Origin: a virus
Direction: 5' to 3' (one strand)
DNA: 64,000 nt
IMG/VR virus record: IMGVR_UViG_3300020401_000014
Coordinates: 1 to 64,000 of that record
This document shows, in pieces, positions 26,607-35,643 of the stretch (position 1 is its first letter; each line of letters starts with the position of its first letter). The notes below the pieces were generated by a model that saw only the letters and a program-made list of their open reading frames with translations, did no database searches and was not told where the DNA came from. The position numbers and the translations under genes were made by a program.

Positions 26607-28475
26607 TTAACCAATAAATATCGGCTCAAAAGTAGTTTGAACATTATCAATATTGACAGTCATCATATCATTATATATTTTAATCATCCAATTGCCAAGA
26701 ACTAATGCAGAATAACTATCTTTTCTTGCTTTATCTGGCCCGGTTTGTCTTTTTAAATTATCAGGTAAATCAAAAGTTTGGTTTCCCTGAGGCGATGTTT
26801 TTATTTGTATCAGCGCACACTGGCCCTTTGTAGCCTCAATCAAATCATACTGATGCTCAACAAAATCAATCATCTTTGCAGACTTAGATTGTTTATGATA
26901 AGTATCAACAGTTTTTAAAAATTTTAATTTCTGTATTGGAATTTGTTTTTTAATTTGTTCTTGATAGCTTTCATTTGTCGCCCTAGCTCCAAACCAAATT
27001 CGCTTATGATCAAAATTAGCTTGTAGCAATTCGTTTGCAGTTCTAATCCAAGATGATGTCGGTTTCCTTAAATAACATATTTTCCATTTATTTTTATCGT
27101 ATTCTTGTTTAGTCGTAATCAAGTCTTTGCTGTATTCTTCTGGCTTATCAAATGCTGCAGAAAGCAGCTCTATTTTTATTTTTTGTTTTTTAAATAAAGA
27201 GCTTTGGTTGACTGCGTTAATAAATTGTACTCCACCATTATAGTCTCCTACGATTGCGACTACATTAAAATTATTTAATAAATAACTAAAATAATCCATG
27301 TGTTGCCTGAGGTTTGTTCCAGACATTGCGTAAGAATGTACAAGAACACCCTGCCCTGTCTTCTCTGCAATTTTAAATACAGACATAGCAAAATCGTCAG
27401 AACTTTCTGATTCAGCCCAGCTTGGGTCAAATGCTAATATATATTTAGCACCAACTTCTCCCTTGACTTCTACGCTATAACCTTCTCCTGGCTGTATAGA
27501 ACATGCCGCCATTCTAGAAGTTTTAAAATAGCCACTACTATCATCTGTGAATATAGCTCCAAACTCACGCTCAAATTGACTCTGACTCATTGTAGCTTTC
27601 GCTTGGTCTATTAGATTCTGGTCGTACAACTGTTTTGGCGCACAGTCATAACTAAATTGCATAATAACTCTGTTAGCAAAATCTCCGCCCTCTCTTTTAT
27701 TTAATATTAAATCTTCAAATTGACTATACAACTTGTACATATACTCAAATTTGTAACTAGCAGAAGAAAGCATTATTAATTTATTATTTGGCCATTTATG
27801 TCTATCTTCTTCTTTCATCTTGCCTTCTTGAATTAGTTTTGTTTCTAAGTTGTAAAGCTCTTCTCTTTGTGTGGGATTTTCTACAACCGAAAGGAATGGC
27901 ACAATAACCTCATTGTAAATTCTTTCTGGCATCAGCAAAAACTCATCAATAATTATCCTATGAAAACGAAAACCACGCAGCTTTTCACCGTCACCCAGAG
28001 GTAAGGCTCTAATTCTAGAAGCACCAATCTCCATTAACCATTCGTCATTACTTTTAGATTTTTTAGTTATACATTGTGCTAAAAATGCGGCCTCTGGTTT
28101 TGCAGCGATATCCTCGATCTTTTTAAATATCATTTTCGCTTGTCGAAAAGATTTAGATAATATCCCTATTTCTACACCCTGATGAAGTATTGCATCAAGA
28201 AAAGCATAGATGCCAGTTGTGAATGATTTAGACATACCACGAGACCATACCCCCATAAAATAATCTGTTTCAAACATAGACTTAATAGCCATATGCTGAA
28301 AAGGAAATAATTTAATGCCAGAAATAAGCTCGGTAGTAAAAGTTGGATTTTCTTTTAAAAATTTATATAGTAATATCTTTGCTTCTTTTTCATCTATAAA
28401 ACCCTCTATCTGACTGATATAATCATTTATATCTTCAGCCTTATTGTATTTTTGTATTCCCTCTGCCCAGCTCAT
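26607..28475 (-). CDS. terL: Terminase large subunit
   Basis: LFPFQ Q-motif, SRGMSKS P-loop, SKSFRQA, GEKLRG, RIIIDEF Walker B, AFDPS...SDDFA and DSYSAL nuclease motifs. Confidence 0.88.
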   Translation of the reverse strand: MSWAEGIQKYNKAEDINDYISQIEGFIDEKEAKILLYKFLKENPTFTTELISGIKLFPFQHMAIKSMFETDYFMGVWSRGMSKSFTTGIYAFLDAILHQGVEIGILSKSFRQAKMIFKKIEDIAAKPEAAFLAQCITKKSKSNDEWLMEIGASRIRALPLGDGEKLRGFRFHRIIIDEFLLMPERIYNEVIVPFLSVVENPTQREELYNLETKLIQEGKMKEEDRHKWPNNKLIMLSSASYKFEYMYKLYSQFEDLILNKREGGDFANRVIMQFSYDCAPKQLYDQNLIDQAKATMSQSQFEREFGAIFTDDSSGYFKTSRMAACSIQPGEGYSVEVKGEVGAKYILAFDPSWAESESSDDFAMSVFKIAEKTGQGVLVHSYAMSGTNLRQHMDYFSYLLNNFNVVAIVGDYNGGVQFINAVNQSSLFKKQKIKIELLSAAFDKPEEYSKDLITTKQEYDKNKWKICYLRKPTSSWIRTANELLQANFDHKRIWFGARATNESYQEQIKKQIPIQKLKFLKTVDTYHKQSKSAKMIDFVEHQYDLIEATKGQCALIQIKTSPQGNQTFDLPDNLKRQTGPDKARKDSYSALVLGNWMIKIYNDMMTVNIDNVQTTFEPIFIG

Positions 28476-29416
28476 TTTTTATCTAAATAATATTGTAGAT
28501 CGACATCCCACATTCTTTCTCCAAAAAATAATATTTTTGGTATAATCTCCTCAGAAGACTCTCTGCTTCCAGAGAAAACAAACTGACAAACACCCTTAAA
28601 CTCATGAGATATTTCTCGCATATTGTGATATATAAAACTAAGGTTTATCTTACTTGGTCCGAATTTATTTCTTTTAGCAGCTCGAATGTAAGATTCAACA
28701 CCCTCTAAACTAGAGTCAATAACAATGAAAATGTAAGAGTTAGCCATTTTCGCACGCTCCAATTCTCTCTTGAATCGGTCTATATTTTTCAAGCTAAGTG
28801 TTCCAATGAAATCGTTTGCGCTTTTTCTATCAACATAAGTATACGAGTAATGTTCTCCAGCGGCAGTATAATCTCCAAAATCTAATTTCATAAACTCAGA
28901 GTTCTTAAAAGTAAGAGGCAGCTGCTCGCGAGTATCTATAAATATCTTCATATCCGATTTGTTCTCAAAAAAATCATCAGGTATTCTTCGAGAAAACATA
29001 GGTTCAATATTTAATTTATTAGCAACAGCAGAGTATGACTTAAAGTGTTTAATATAATGATCAATACTAGGAAGATTATTTATTTTTAATTCTAAGTGAG
29101 ATGGAGTAAATTTAAGATTTTTTTCTTTTACTCTAGATTCAATTAAATTAAATATATATTTTTTGACCTCATCCTGATTAGCAGCCTCAAGCCATTGGTT
29201 CATTTCTGACTTATCAATAAAGTCTTGTGAAAAATATTGCGCCTTTGACATACCTTTTTTGAATGATATGGGAGTTTGATTAAGTTTACTTAACCTAGGA
29301 TAGTATTTTGTATAATATTCCGCCAAATAAATATTATGCTCTTTAATGTGACAGTGCAAGGCACGGTCGTTTTTGAATGTTTTTCCACAAACCTTACATA
29401 TAACCTGTTCGCTCAT
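28472..29416 (-). CDS. C2H2 zinc finger + ERCC4/XPF-type nuclease
   Basis: CKVCGKTFKNDRALHCHIKEH; IFIDTREQ, GDY, VDRKSANDF, RFKRELER. Confidence 0.75.
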   Translation of the reverse strand: MSEQVICKVCGKTFKNDRALHCHIKEHNIYLAEYYTKYYPRLSKLNQTPISFKKGMSKAQYFSQDFIDKSEMNQWLEAANQDEVKKYIFNLIESRVKEKNLKFTPSHLELKINNLPSIDHYIKHFKSYSAVANKLNIEPMFSRRIPDDFFENKSDMKIFIDTREQLPLTFKNSEFMKLDFGDYTAAGEHYSYTYVDRKSANDFIGTLSLKNIDRFKRELERAKMANSYIFIVIDSSLEGVESYIRAAKRNKFGPSKINLSFIYHNMREISHEFKGVCQFVFSGSRESSEEIIPKILFFGERMWDVDLQYYLDKK

Positions 29417-30081
29417 AACTCAAAATCATATACTTTTAAATCTTTTTCTGGCAAACGCCTGCGAGTACCAAGTAAACCAAACCTTTGTCCCCACCAAAAT
29501 AAAGCCAGTAAAATTTTTGGAATCTTCAATATCTTACCATCACAATTCTTTACGGATGGGTTTTCTGAATACAACCTTCTGCATAAAATTTTTCTAGAGG
29601 ACTCAAATATTCTACAGTTATTAAGAGAAACCTCTCGGACTCCTGGCCTATTAACATCATCGTAATCAGTCCAATTTCCCAAGTCAATAAAAGCTCCGTC
29701 CCATTTCATTCTGTAGTCTCCCACAAAATTACAGTTAGTAAAAGACAGGCTTTTTACGCCTCCCTTTGCGGTAATATGGTGCTTAGTATTTTTCGATACA
29801 AACCTGCAGTTGTAAAAAGATATATCTCCACCTCGAACAATATCAACACAATCTTCTACGCCACCAATAATAGTGCAGTCTTCAACATAAACATCATAAC
29901 AAAAAGATAGCTTAAGGCCTTCACCCCCTCTAGAGCCATCAATCAAACAATCCCTTATTTCGTAACCAATTTTTTCTCGACCAGGACGCCATGATAAACC
30001 TAATGCGCAAGATGTTAAAAATTTGTCCTGATAACCCGCGCCACACGAAAAGTCTTGGCCCTCTATAAGTTTTCTACTCAT
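29413..30081 (-). CDS. Right-handed beta-helix (pectate-lyase-like) protein
   Basis: Repeating IRDCLID / VEDCTII / FYNCRF / FTNCNF / LNNCRI rungs; GVEDCVDI. Confidence 0.6.
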   Translation of the reverse strand: MSRKLIEGQDFSCGAGYQDKFLTSCALGLSWRPGREKIGYEIRDCLIDGSRGGEGLKLSFCYDVYVEDCTIIGGVEDCVDIVRGGDISFYNCRFVSKNTKHHITAKGGVKSLSFTNCNFVGDYRMKWDGAFIDLGNWTDYDDVNRPGVREVSLNNCRIFESSRKILCRRLYSENPSVKNCDGKILKIPKILLALFWWGQRFGLLGTRRRLPEKDLKVYDFEL

Positions 30082-31139
30082 TACAAAATATCTTTCTTAG
30101 CTATACCCAGAACTCTAGATTTCCAGTCTGGCATTTTTTCTAATTCATCAGCTTCTTTCTCTATTATTTTTTTCTGCATTTCTGCCATTTTAATCATTAT
30201 CTTTCTTTCTTCCTCTTCCTGAAAAAGCTGAACTAAGTTTAGTATACTGGCATTTTTTTCAACATGAGAAGCAATTCTTTTAGATCTGTCTCCTTGCAGC
30301 TTAGATATCAAGGATTCCATTCTTTTCTCGCATTGATTATATTCTTCACTTTTTGTCTTTAAAAGCTCAGCAAGCCTGACTGTCAAGTCTTGTTGCTCCT
30401 CGGCTTCATCGAACATTCTATTTAGTTTATCCATTGCATATTGTATTCTTTTTAAATGAATATAGTCCATGCAAACGTTGATATATAAATTAATTTCATC
30501 AGTAGTTAAATCCGGCTTATCCCAAGTAGCCCTAACAAATTCAGCCTCAAACAGGTCTCTATCCTCTATATTACCATATGTTGATATAACTTGCAAAAAT
30601 CTTGGTGCTGACATAAATTTACGCAATGCCTCTATGCACCTTTTCTCTTGAACATTAATTTTATCTAAATCTATTTCATGCCCTACGCAGTCTAAAACTT
30701 TTTTTATAATTTTACTATCAGCCTTAGGAGGGCTGTATTTTATATTTAATGCAGTTTCTCCGCTATATACATTTAAGCCCTCAGACTCTATAAAATTATG
30801 CACAGCCCAAAACTCCTTGCTCATTTGCTTAACCTTGTTGTCAGAAAAAACAAGCTTGGCCAGTTCTAGACTACTGATTTCAGAAGAGCAATTATTTACA
30901 ATAAATTCTTTTTGCTCTGGAGATAAGATGATATCATCTTTTTTAGATACATGTCGTGTTTGGTACTCAATTTCTTTTTGAGATAAATATGCCCTAACAA
31001 GCCTTCCTTCTTTAGTTCTTCCGTCTAAAGATTCATTCATAAAAACCTCTCTAGTTAACTCTGAAAGGTCATCGATATTAGAACCCTTGGAATCAATAAG
31101 TTCCTCTTGTTCTTGAGTGAGACGTAGAGGCTTCTTCAT
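30081..31139 (-). CDS. Helical/coiled-coil protein, possible terminase small subunit
   Basis: 352 aa in the same operon as terL; C-terminal coiled coil; function from context only. Confidence 0.4.
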   Translation of the reverse strand: MKKPLRLTQEQEELIDSKGSNIDDLSELTREVFMNESLDGRTKEGRLVRAYLSQKEIEYQTRHVSKKDDIILSPEQKEFIVNNCSSEISSLELAKLVFSDNKVKQMSKEFWAVHNFIESEGLNVYSGETALNIKYSPPKADSKIIKKVLDCVGHEIDLDKINVQEKRCIEALRKFMSAPRFLQVISTYGNIEDRDLFEAEFVRATWDKPDLTTDEINLYINVCMDYIHLKRIQYAMDKLNRMFDEAEEQQDLTVRLAELLKTKSEEYNQCEKRMESLISKLQGDRSKRIASHVEKNASILNLVQLFQEEEERKIMIKMAEMQKKIIEKEADELEKMPDWKSRVLGIAKKDIL

Positions 31140-31899
31140 AAGCTATAATCTCTCCTTTCTTTAATATTAGAATGGCTTTTTCTTTAAATATTTTTGTTAA
31201 ATTTTTAAGCTGTTTGTACCCTGCTTTTCTGCCAGTTTCGCTAGTTTTATAACCCATTTCTCTTGCAACCTCTTCTTCGCTCTTATGTTCGACGTAAAGC
31301 ATTTTGTAAACTTTGTATTGTTTTTCAGGTAGATGTTTTTTCATCTCTTGTGATAATTTCTCTATAGCCCTATCCACATCTAATTGAGGATCCTGCATTG
31401 CGGAAACCTCTCCAGTATGATTTTCCATGGTCACGGCCATCTTAATATCATATGCAGATTTTTTTGTTTTTTCCCATTTTGCATACAAAGGGCATTCTGA
31501 ATCCTGAAGGCCAGTAGAAGTGAAACCGCACAAGGAACCAGATGTAATGCCAGGATCAATACTAGACTTTGATTGATTAAAAGGGCAGTTGAGGCATGGC
31601 CTAACAAAATTTGAATAATTATTCCGAAGAATATTCTTCATTTGATTTGTTATAATTTTATTGATCCAAGGGCCTAAGGGTCTTGACTGATCCCACTGAT
31701 GCCATTTTTTATATATATGAGCTTGGATAATTTGCTCTACATCTTCAAAGTCAAACCAAGCTAAAGAATCTAAAAACCACTTGCCTTTTCTTTTTTTGAT
31801 TTCTTTATTTATTGTCTCGTACTGATCTTCAAATGTAACATTATTTCTTTTTTCTTGGTCTGCCTCGTTTTTTTCTGGTTTTTGGTTTTTCTTCTTCAA
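31093..31899 (-). CDS. Phage RNA polymerase sigma factor (sigma70/ECF-like)
   Basis: Region 2-like FEDVEQIIQAHIYKKWHQWDQSRPLGPWINKIITNQMKNILR; region 4 HTH LPEKQYKVYKMLYVEHKSEEEVAREMGY; Cys-rich insert. Confidence 0.7.
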   Translation of the reverse strand: MKKKNQKPEKNEADQEKRNNVTFEDQYETINKEIKKRKGKWFLDSLAWFDFEDVEQIIQAHIYKKWHQWDQSRPLGPWINKIITNQMKNILRNNYSNFVRPCLNCPFNQSKSSIDPGITSGSLCGFTSTGLQDSECPLYAKWEKTKKSAYDIKMAVTMENHTGEVSAMQDPQLDVDRAIEKLSQEMKKHLPEKQYKVYKMLYVEHKSEEEVAREMGYKTSETGRKAGYKQLKNLTKIFKEKAILILKKGEIIAYEEASTSHSRTRGTY

Positions 31900-32194
31900 T
31901 GTTTTCTTCCGAAATTTCTGGTAAAAAGGAGTCTAACTTCATTTTTCTTCCGCCTGCATAACCTACAGATGAAGAACATTTAAAATTAGATATCTTTGGC
32001 ACACTATTAATGTCCAAACCGTCTTCGGCATCGCCTTCTTCGCTAGACTCTTTCTCTACTGGCCTTACTCTCTTTGTTGTTTTAACGCTTGCGCTGCTTC
32101 CCATAAGCGGCTCACCGCAACTATTGCAGAAGTTAGGGGCGCGCATTGTATAAATATTTTTATGCCCGCATGACTTGCAGTAATGATATAACAT
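31841..32194 (-). CDS. Double zinc-ribbon protein with C-terminal AT-hook-like tail
   Basis: CKSCG...FCNSCGEPL; ends KKRGRPRKKK. Confidence 0.7.
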   Translation of the reverse strand: MLYHYCKSCGHKNIYTMRAPNFCNSCGEPLMGSSASVKTTKRVRPVEKESSEEGDAEDGLDINSVPKISNFKCSSSVGYAGGRKMKLDSFLPEISEENIEEEKPKTRKKRGRPRKKK

Positions 32195-32201
32195 ATATTT
32201 T

Positions 32202-32230
32202 ATTATGCTTAGTTTATATTAAAATATCAA
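32202..32230 (-). promoter_or_regulatory. sigma70-type promoter
   Basis: TTGATA-17nt-CATAAT on the minus strand, 7 nt before ATG 32194. Confidence 0.6.
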
Positions 32231-32824
32231 CTAACACAAATAACCGCTAATCGCACGGGCCTGCATTCTCATAAATTTATCAAACTTTATATCTTTACAG
32301 GAGACTTCAAATTTTTGCTTTTTAACCAAAAACTCTATCCCCAATATGCCAATTACTTTTCCATTTAAAGTTTTGATTGGGACGTTGTATATTGACTGAA
32401 CGCCTTTTGATTTAAGCAGAGATTTAAATGCCTGGTCCTTTATATTGTCGGTATTTAAAGAATGAAAAACCCCATTAGATATTAATTCAGATATATAACT
32501 TGTATAGTTTGAAATTCTATGCCCCTGAGAATTCAAAGACTCTGCACTAACCCCAGCCCTAACACACTCATAGGTGCAGCTAAATTTTTGCTGGCCTCTT
32601 CCTGAAAAAAAATGTTCGCCATTATGAAACTCAAAAACATACGCCCTGGCGCAGTGGGTCTGAGATTGAATATATTCTAGCGCTTTATATATATTAATTC
32701 CGGAGATCGTTGCAGATTCAAGCGTATTTTTTCTTTTATAATCAAATTTACTTTTTAGCCACACGGCCAAAACAGCACCAACCGCAGAGATCATCGAGGC
32801 AATTATTATAGCAACATTTTCCAT
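32231..32824 (-). CDS. Single-TM protein with GAF-like domain (T4 holin T-like architecture)
   Basis: N-terminal TM (VAIIIASMISAVGAVLAVWL); RAYVFEFHNG...GVQSIYNVPIKTLNGKVIGILGIEF GAF-like; start 10 nt after GTGTA (32835-32839). Confidence 0.55.
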   Translation of the reverse strand: MENVAIIIASMISAVGAVLAVWLKSKFDYKRKNTLESATISGINIYKALEYIQSQTHCARAYVFEFHNGEHFFSGRGQQKFSCTYECVRAGVSAESLNSQGHRISNYTSYISELISNGVFHSLNTDNIKDQAFKSLLKSKGVQSIYNVPIKTLNGKVIGILGIEFLVKKQKFEVSCKDIKFDKFMRMQARAISGYLC

Positions 32825-32825
32825 A

Positions 32826-33113
32826 TTACTTTTGTACACCTTTTGTTGACTTGCGGAGCATAAAAGAACAAGCGCCAGTAGATATTACAACCATTATTAA
32901 TATTAAAAACAATCCCCATGCTGGACTAGTAGTATTTACTTGATTAGTTATTGCATCAAATTCTGATGGATCAATAGATCCATTTTTATCTAAATCTACT
33001 GCTTTGAATGATATAGAATTTATTTTGTGATTAACCGCCCCAGATTTAAAAATTTTAGGCGAAGACATACATCCGCAAATTAAAAATAGAAATATAATTG
33101 CTACAATTTTCAT
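32826..33113 (-). CDS. Lipoprotein with EF-hand and C-terminal TM (u-spanin-like architecture)
   Basis: Lipobox LICG-C15; DLDKNGSIDPSE loop; TM WGLFLILIMVVISTGACSFML. Confidence 0.55.
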   Translation of the reverse strand: MKIVAIIFLFLICGCMSSPKIFKSGAVNHKINSISFKAVDLDKNGSIDPSEFDAITNQVNTTSPAWGLFLILIMVVISTGACSFMLRKSTKGVQK

Positions 33114-33547
33114 CTTCTTTTACTAGGGATTGCATAAAAACCAATGACCATAAAACATAAGTCCATAAAAGACGAAAGCATAAGACCGCCTGTCAGTTGA
33201 ACGACGTGAAAATCTGTGCCCCCAAAAAACCAAGAAAATATCCCCCATTTAGCTCCATCTCCCATAGGAACAACCAGGTCATACTTTATATCTGGATTGT
33301 GCGCATAGTAAATCATAAGATAACAAAGAGTAAACGTTAAAGACATAAATAAAACTCTTCTTGTAACTTTAACAAAAGGATCGGAAGCGCTAGCTTTTTG
33401 ACTTGCAACCATTGCTTCCATCATTTCTTTATCTCTTGCAGCAAGCGCGAGCTGGTCTTGTCTTTTTTGTTCAAGCCAAGCATTAACTAAGTTTGCGCCA
33501 ATTTTTATCCCTGCGCCAAGAATAGTATTTAATATTGGGCCCATCAT
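33110..33547 (-). CDS. Membrane protein, holin-like
   Basis: Hydrophobic segments (VLFMSLTFTLCYLMIYY; GLMLSSFMDLCFMVIGFYAIP) with a basic C-terminus; in a cluster of small TM genes. Confidence 0.5.
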   Translation of the reverse strand: MMGPILNTILGAGIKIGANLVNAWLEQKRQDQLALAARDKEMMEAMVASQKASASDPFVKVTRRVLFMSLTFTLCYLMIYYAHNPDIKYDLVVPMGDGAKWGIFSWFFGGTDFHVVQLTGGLMLSSFMDLCFMVIGFYAIPSKRR

Positions 33548-33732
33548 TTCTTTGAATTTTTACCTAAGTCTGCCATGCCTTGACCAACAACATAAGCCAG
33601 CATCGGCGTCATCATTGTGGTCACGGCCTCATGGTCTATATTTAGGCCCAGTATTTCGTTGCATAAAGGTATTGCGACAGCTATACAAGCTGCCCAAAAC
33701 TTTTTGCTTTTCCAGAATTGTTTTTCTTCCAT
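33544..33732 (-). CDS. Small two-TM holin-like protein
   Basis: FWKSKKFWAACIAVAIPL...PMLAYVVGQGMADLGK. Confidence 0.6.
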   Translation of the reverse strand: MEEKQFWKSKKFWAACIAVAIPLCNEILGLNIDHEAVTTMMTPMLAYVVGQGMADLGKNSKK

Positions 33733-33733
33733 T

Positions 33734-34864
33734 TTATTCCCCCTTTATTTCTTGTTCGTATTTCTGCTCCCAGTTAACTTCTTTATCTGTACTGCATTTA
33801 GAAAATGATAATGCACTAATTCCAGCAAGGATCAATGCGCCTATTCCAATAACTATTTTTGAACGTTTTTCAGAATCTTTTTTTGGTTTTGGTTCAGGTT
33901 TTGGAGCGGGCTTTGGCTTGGGTTCCGGCTCTGGATAAGGATGCGGAATTTCCGGTTCAGATTCAATTAGTTTTTCAACGTCTATTACACCGTATCCCCA
34001 CGCATTATCTTTACCCAACCTACCTTTATCCATAGTATATTTGAGCAAGTGTTCTCTAATTTGAGCCACCGTCTTGCAGTCATTTTGCCCCGTTTCTTTT
34101 TCTTGCTTTTTATGCTTTGCGAGCATCAAAGCAACCACTCCAGCGATAAATGGGCAGGCCATTGACGTGCCATTTAAACTGGCATAAGTATTATTTAAAA
34201 AAGTGCTGTATATATTTACTCCTGGCGCAGCCCATTCAACTTTTTCTCCTCTTGAAGAAAAGTTAGCTATTTGTCCGTTTTTATCATGTGCTGCAACAGC
34301 AATTGTTTCATCAAAAGCTGCAGGCCAGTTTACTCCTCCTTGCCCAGTGTTTCCCGCAGCGCAAATTACAGGAATATTCATATCATATAGTTTTTTAATT
34401 TTAGATTGCAATATTGGACTTGGACCGGAACCGCCCAAGCTCATGGAGACTATGTCGGGTTTTGTCCTTATTGCGTAATCTAAAGATTTTGCAAGCCCCA
34501 AATAGCTGCCTCCTCCAGACTTTGACAAGGCTTTAACGCATACAGCTTTTGCCTTCGGCGCCACGCCCACCATGCCAATTCCATTATTCTTAGCGCAAAT
34601 TATGCCAACACAATGGGTCTGATGTCCGTTTTCATCTTCCAATGGCTCACCTGGAATAAAATTTTCTCCAGGTATAGCATTTTCTTCTATATCTATATGG
34701 CTAGGAAAACCGGTATCTATAACCATAACTGTGATACCTTCTCCTTGTGTTACCTTCCAGGTTTCTGGAACATTAGACTGTCGCAAACCCCAATCTACAA
34801 GCTGACTTAATGAGCCTACGGTCTCATTAACTTCAATTTTTGGTAAATAAGTATTTTCACTCAT
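33734..34864 (-). CDS. Subtilisin-family (S8) serine protease with Pro-rich linker and C-terminal TM anchor
   Basis: VIDTG (Asp), HQTHCVG (His), AAGN (oxyanion Asn), GTSMACP (Ser); PEPEPKPKPAPKP linker; IVIGIGALILAGISAL. Confidence 0.9.
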   Translation of the reverse strand: MSENTYLPKIEVNETVGSLSQLVDWGLRQSNVPETWKVTQGEGITVMVIDTGFPSHIDIEENAIPGENFIPGEPLEDENGHQTHCVGIICAKNNGIGMVGVAPKAKAVCVKALSKSGGGSYLGLAKSLDYAIRTKPDIVSMSLGGSGPSPILQSKIKKLYDMNIPVICAAGNTGQGGVNWPAAFDETIAVAAHDKNGQIANFSSRGEKVEWAAPGVNIYSTFLNNTYASLNGTSMACPFIAGVVALMLAKHKKQEKETGQNDCKTVAQIREHLLKYTMDKGRLGKDNAWGYGVIDVEKLIESEPEIPHPYPEPEPKPKPAPKPEPKPKKDSEKRSKIVIGIGALILAGISALSFSKCSTDKEVNWEQKYEQEIKGE

Positions 34865-34872
34865 AAAACAAG

Positions 34873-35595
34873 TTACACTTTTCTTGCGTCTAGCTTTCCA
34901 ATAATATATTTTAAGATCTCGCTCCTAAGTATATCTTCTTTGCCAAATTTAAAGCAATGAATGCCCATATCAATACTTTGCTTATCGTTAAATAGATCGA
35001 ACATTGGAGCAAATCCGCTCTTACCATTTATGTCGCTCTGCATAAAATCACCGCAAACAAAAAGCTTGCAATTATTTCCTATTCTTGTAATTAATGTAGT
35101 AAGCTCTCTGTAAGTAAAATTTTGCGCCTCATCGGCAACCACAATTTTATCTATCCAGCTTGACCCCCTTAAATAGTTTATAGGCATAGCGGAGATTCTT
35201 CCGCTATCCAGCATTTCCTTTTTAGCTGTATTGGTTCTTGGAAGCATTTCATATAATTTATCTTCTAACGGCGCCATATAAGGATTCAACTTTTCATCTA
35301 TGCCTCCAGGAAGTGCCCCAAGCCCTTTGTCTGCACTTTCGATCGCAGTTCTGACATAAAGCAGATCTAATTCTTCAAAAGCGCTCAATAGCCTAAGAGC
35401 GGAATAAACAGCCATATATGTTTTAGTCGAACCCGCAGGCCCTGCAATAAACATTATTTTTGTTTCTTCATTGAAAGCTAGAGATAAAAACCTTTTCTGT
35501 TTTTCTGTTAATTTTAATGAATTAACAGGAATATTTTGTTTAAGTTGCGGGATTTCAAAATCTGAAATATCTCTGTTGGACTTTTTAGTAGTCAT
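34873..35595 (-). CDS. phoH: PhoH-family ATPase
   Basis: GPAGSTKT, LGALPGGIDEKLNPY, YLRGSS, ADEAQN, GDFMQSD. Confidence 0.9.
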   Translation of the reverse strand: MTTKKSNRDISDFEIPQLKQNIPVNSLKLTEKQKRFLSLAFNEETKIMFIAGPAGSTKTYMAVYSALRLLSAFEELDLLYVRTAIESADKGLGALPGGIDEKLNPYMAPLEDKLYEMLPRTNTAKKEMLDSGRISAMPINYLRGSSWIDKIVVADEAQNFTYRELTTLITRIGNNCKLFVCGDFMQSDINGKSGFAPMFDLFNDKQSIDMGIHCFKFGKEDILRSEILKYIIGKLDARKV

Positions 35596-35610
35596 ACTAT
35601 AATATATAGT

Positions 35611-35629
35611 TACACAAACAATATGTGTA
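35611..35629. promoter_or_regulatory. Back-to-back GTGTA motifs in a divergent intergenic region
   Basis: TACAC 35611-35615 (towards phoH) and GTGTA 35625-35629 (towards 35644). Confidence 0.6.
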
Positions 35630-35643
35630 TATTATAATATGTA

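Noticed and set aside
33880-33965. Short GGTTTT/GGTTCA-type repeats
   Set aside because: They simply encode the Pro-Lys/Glu linker of the subtilase
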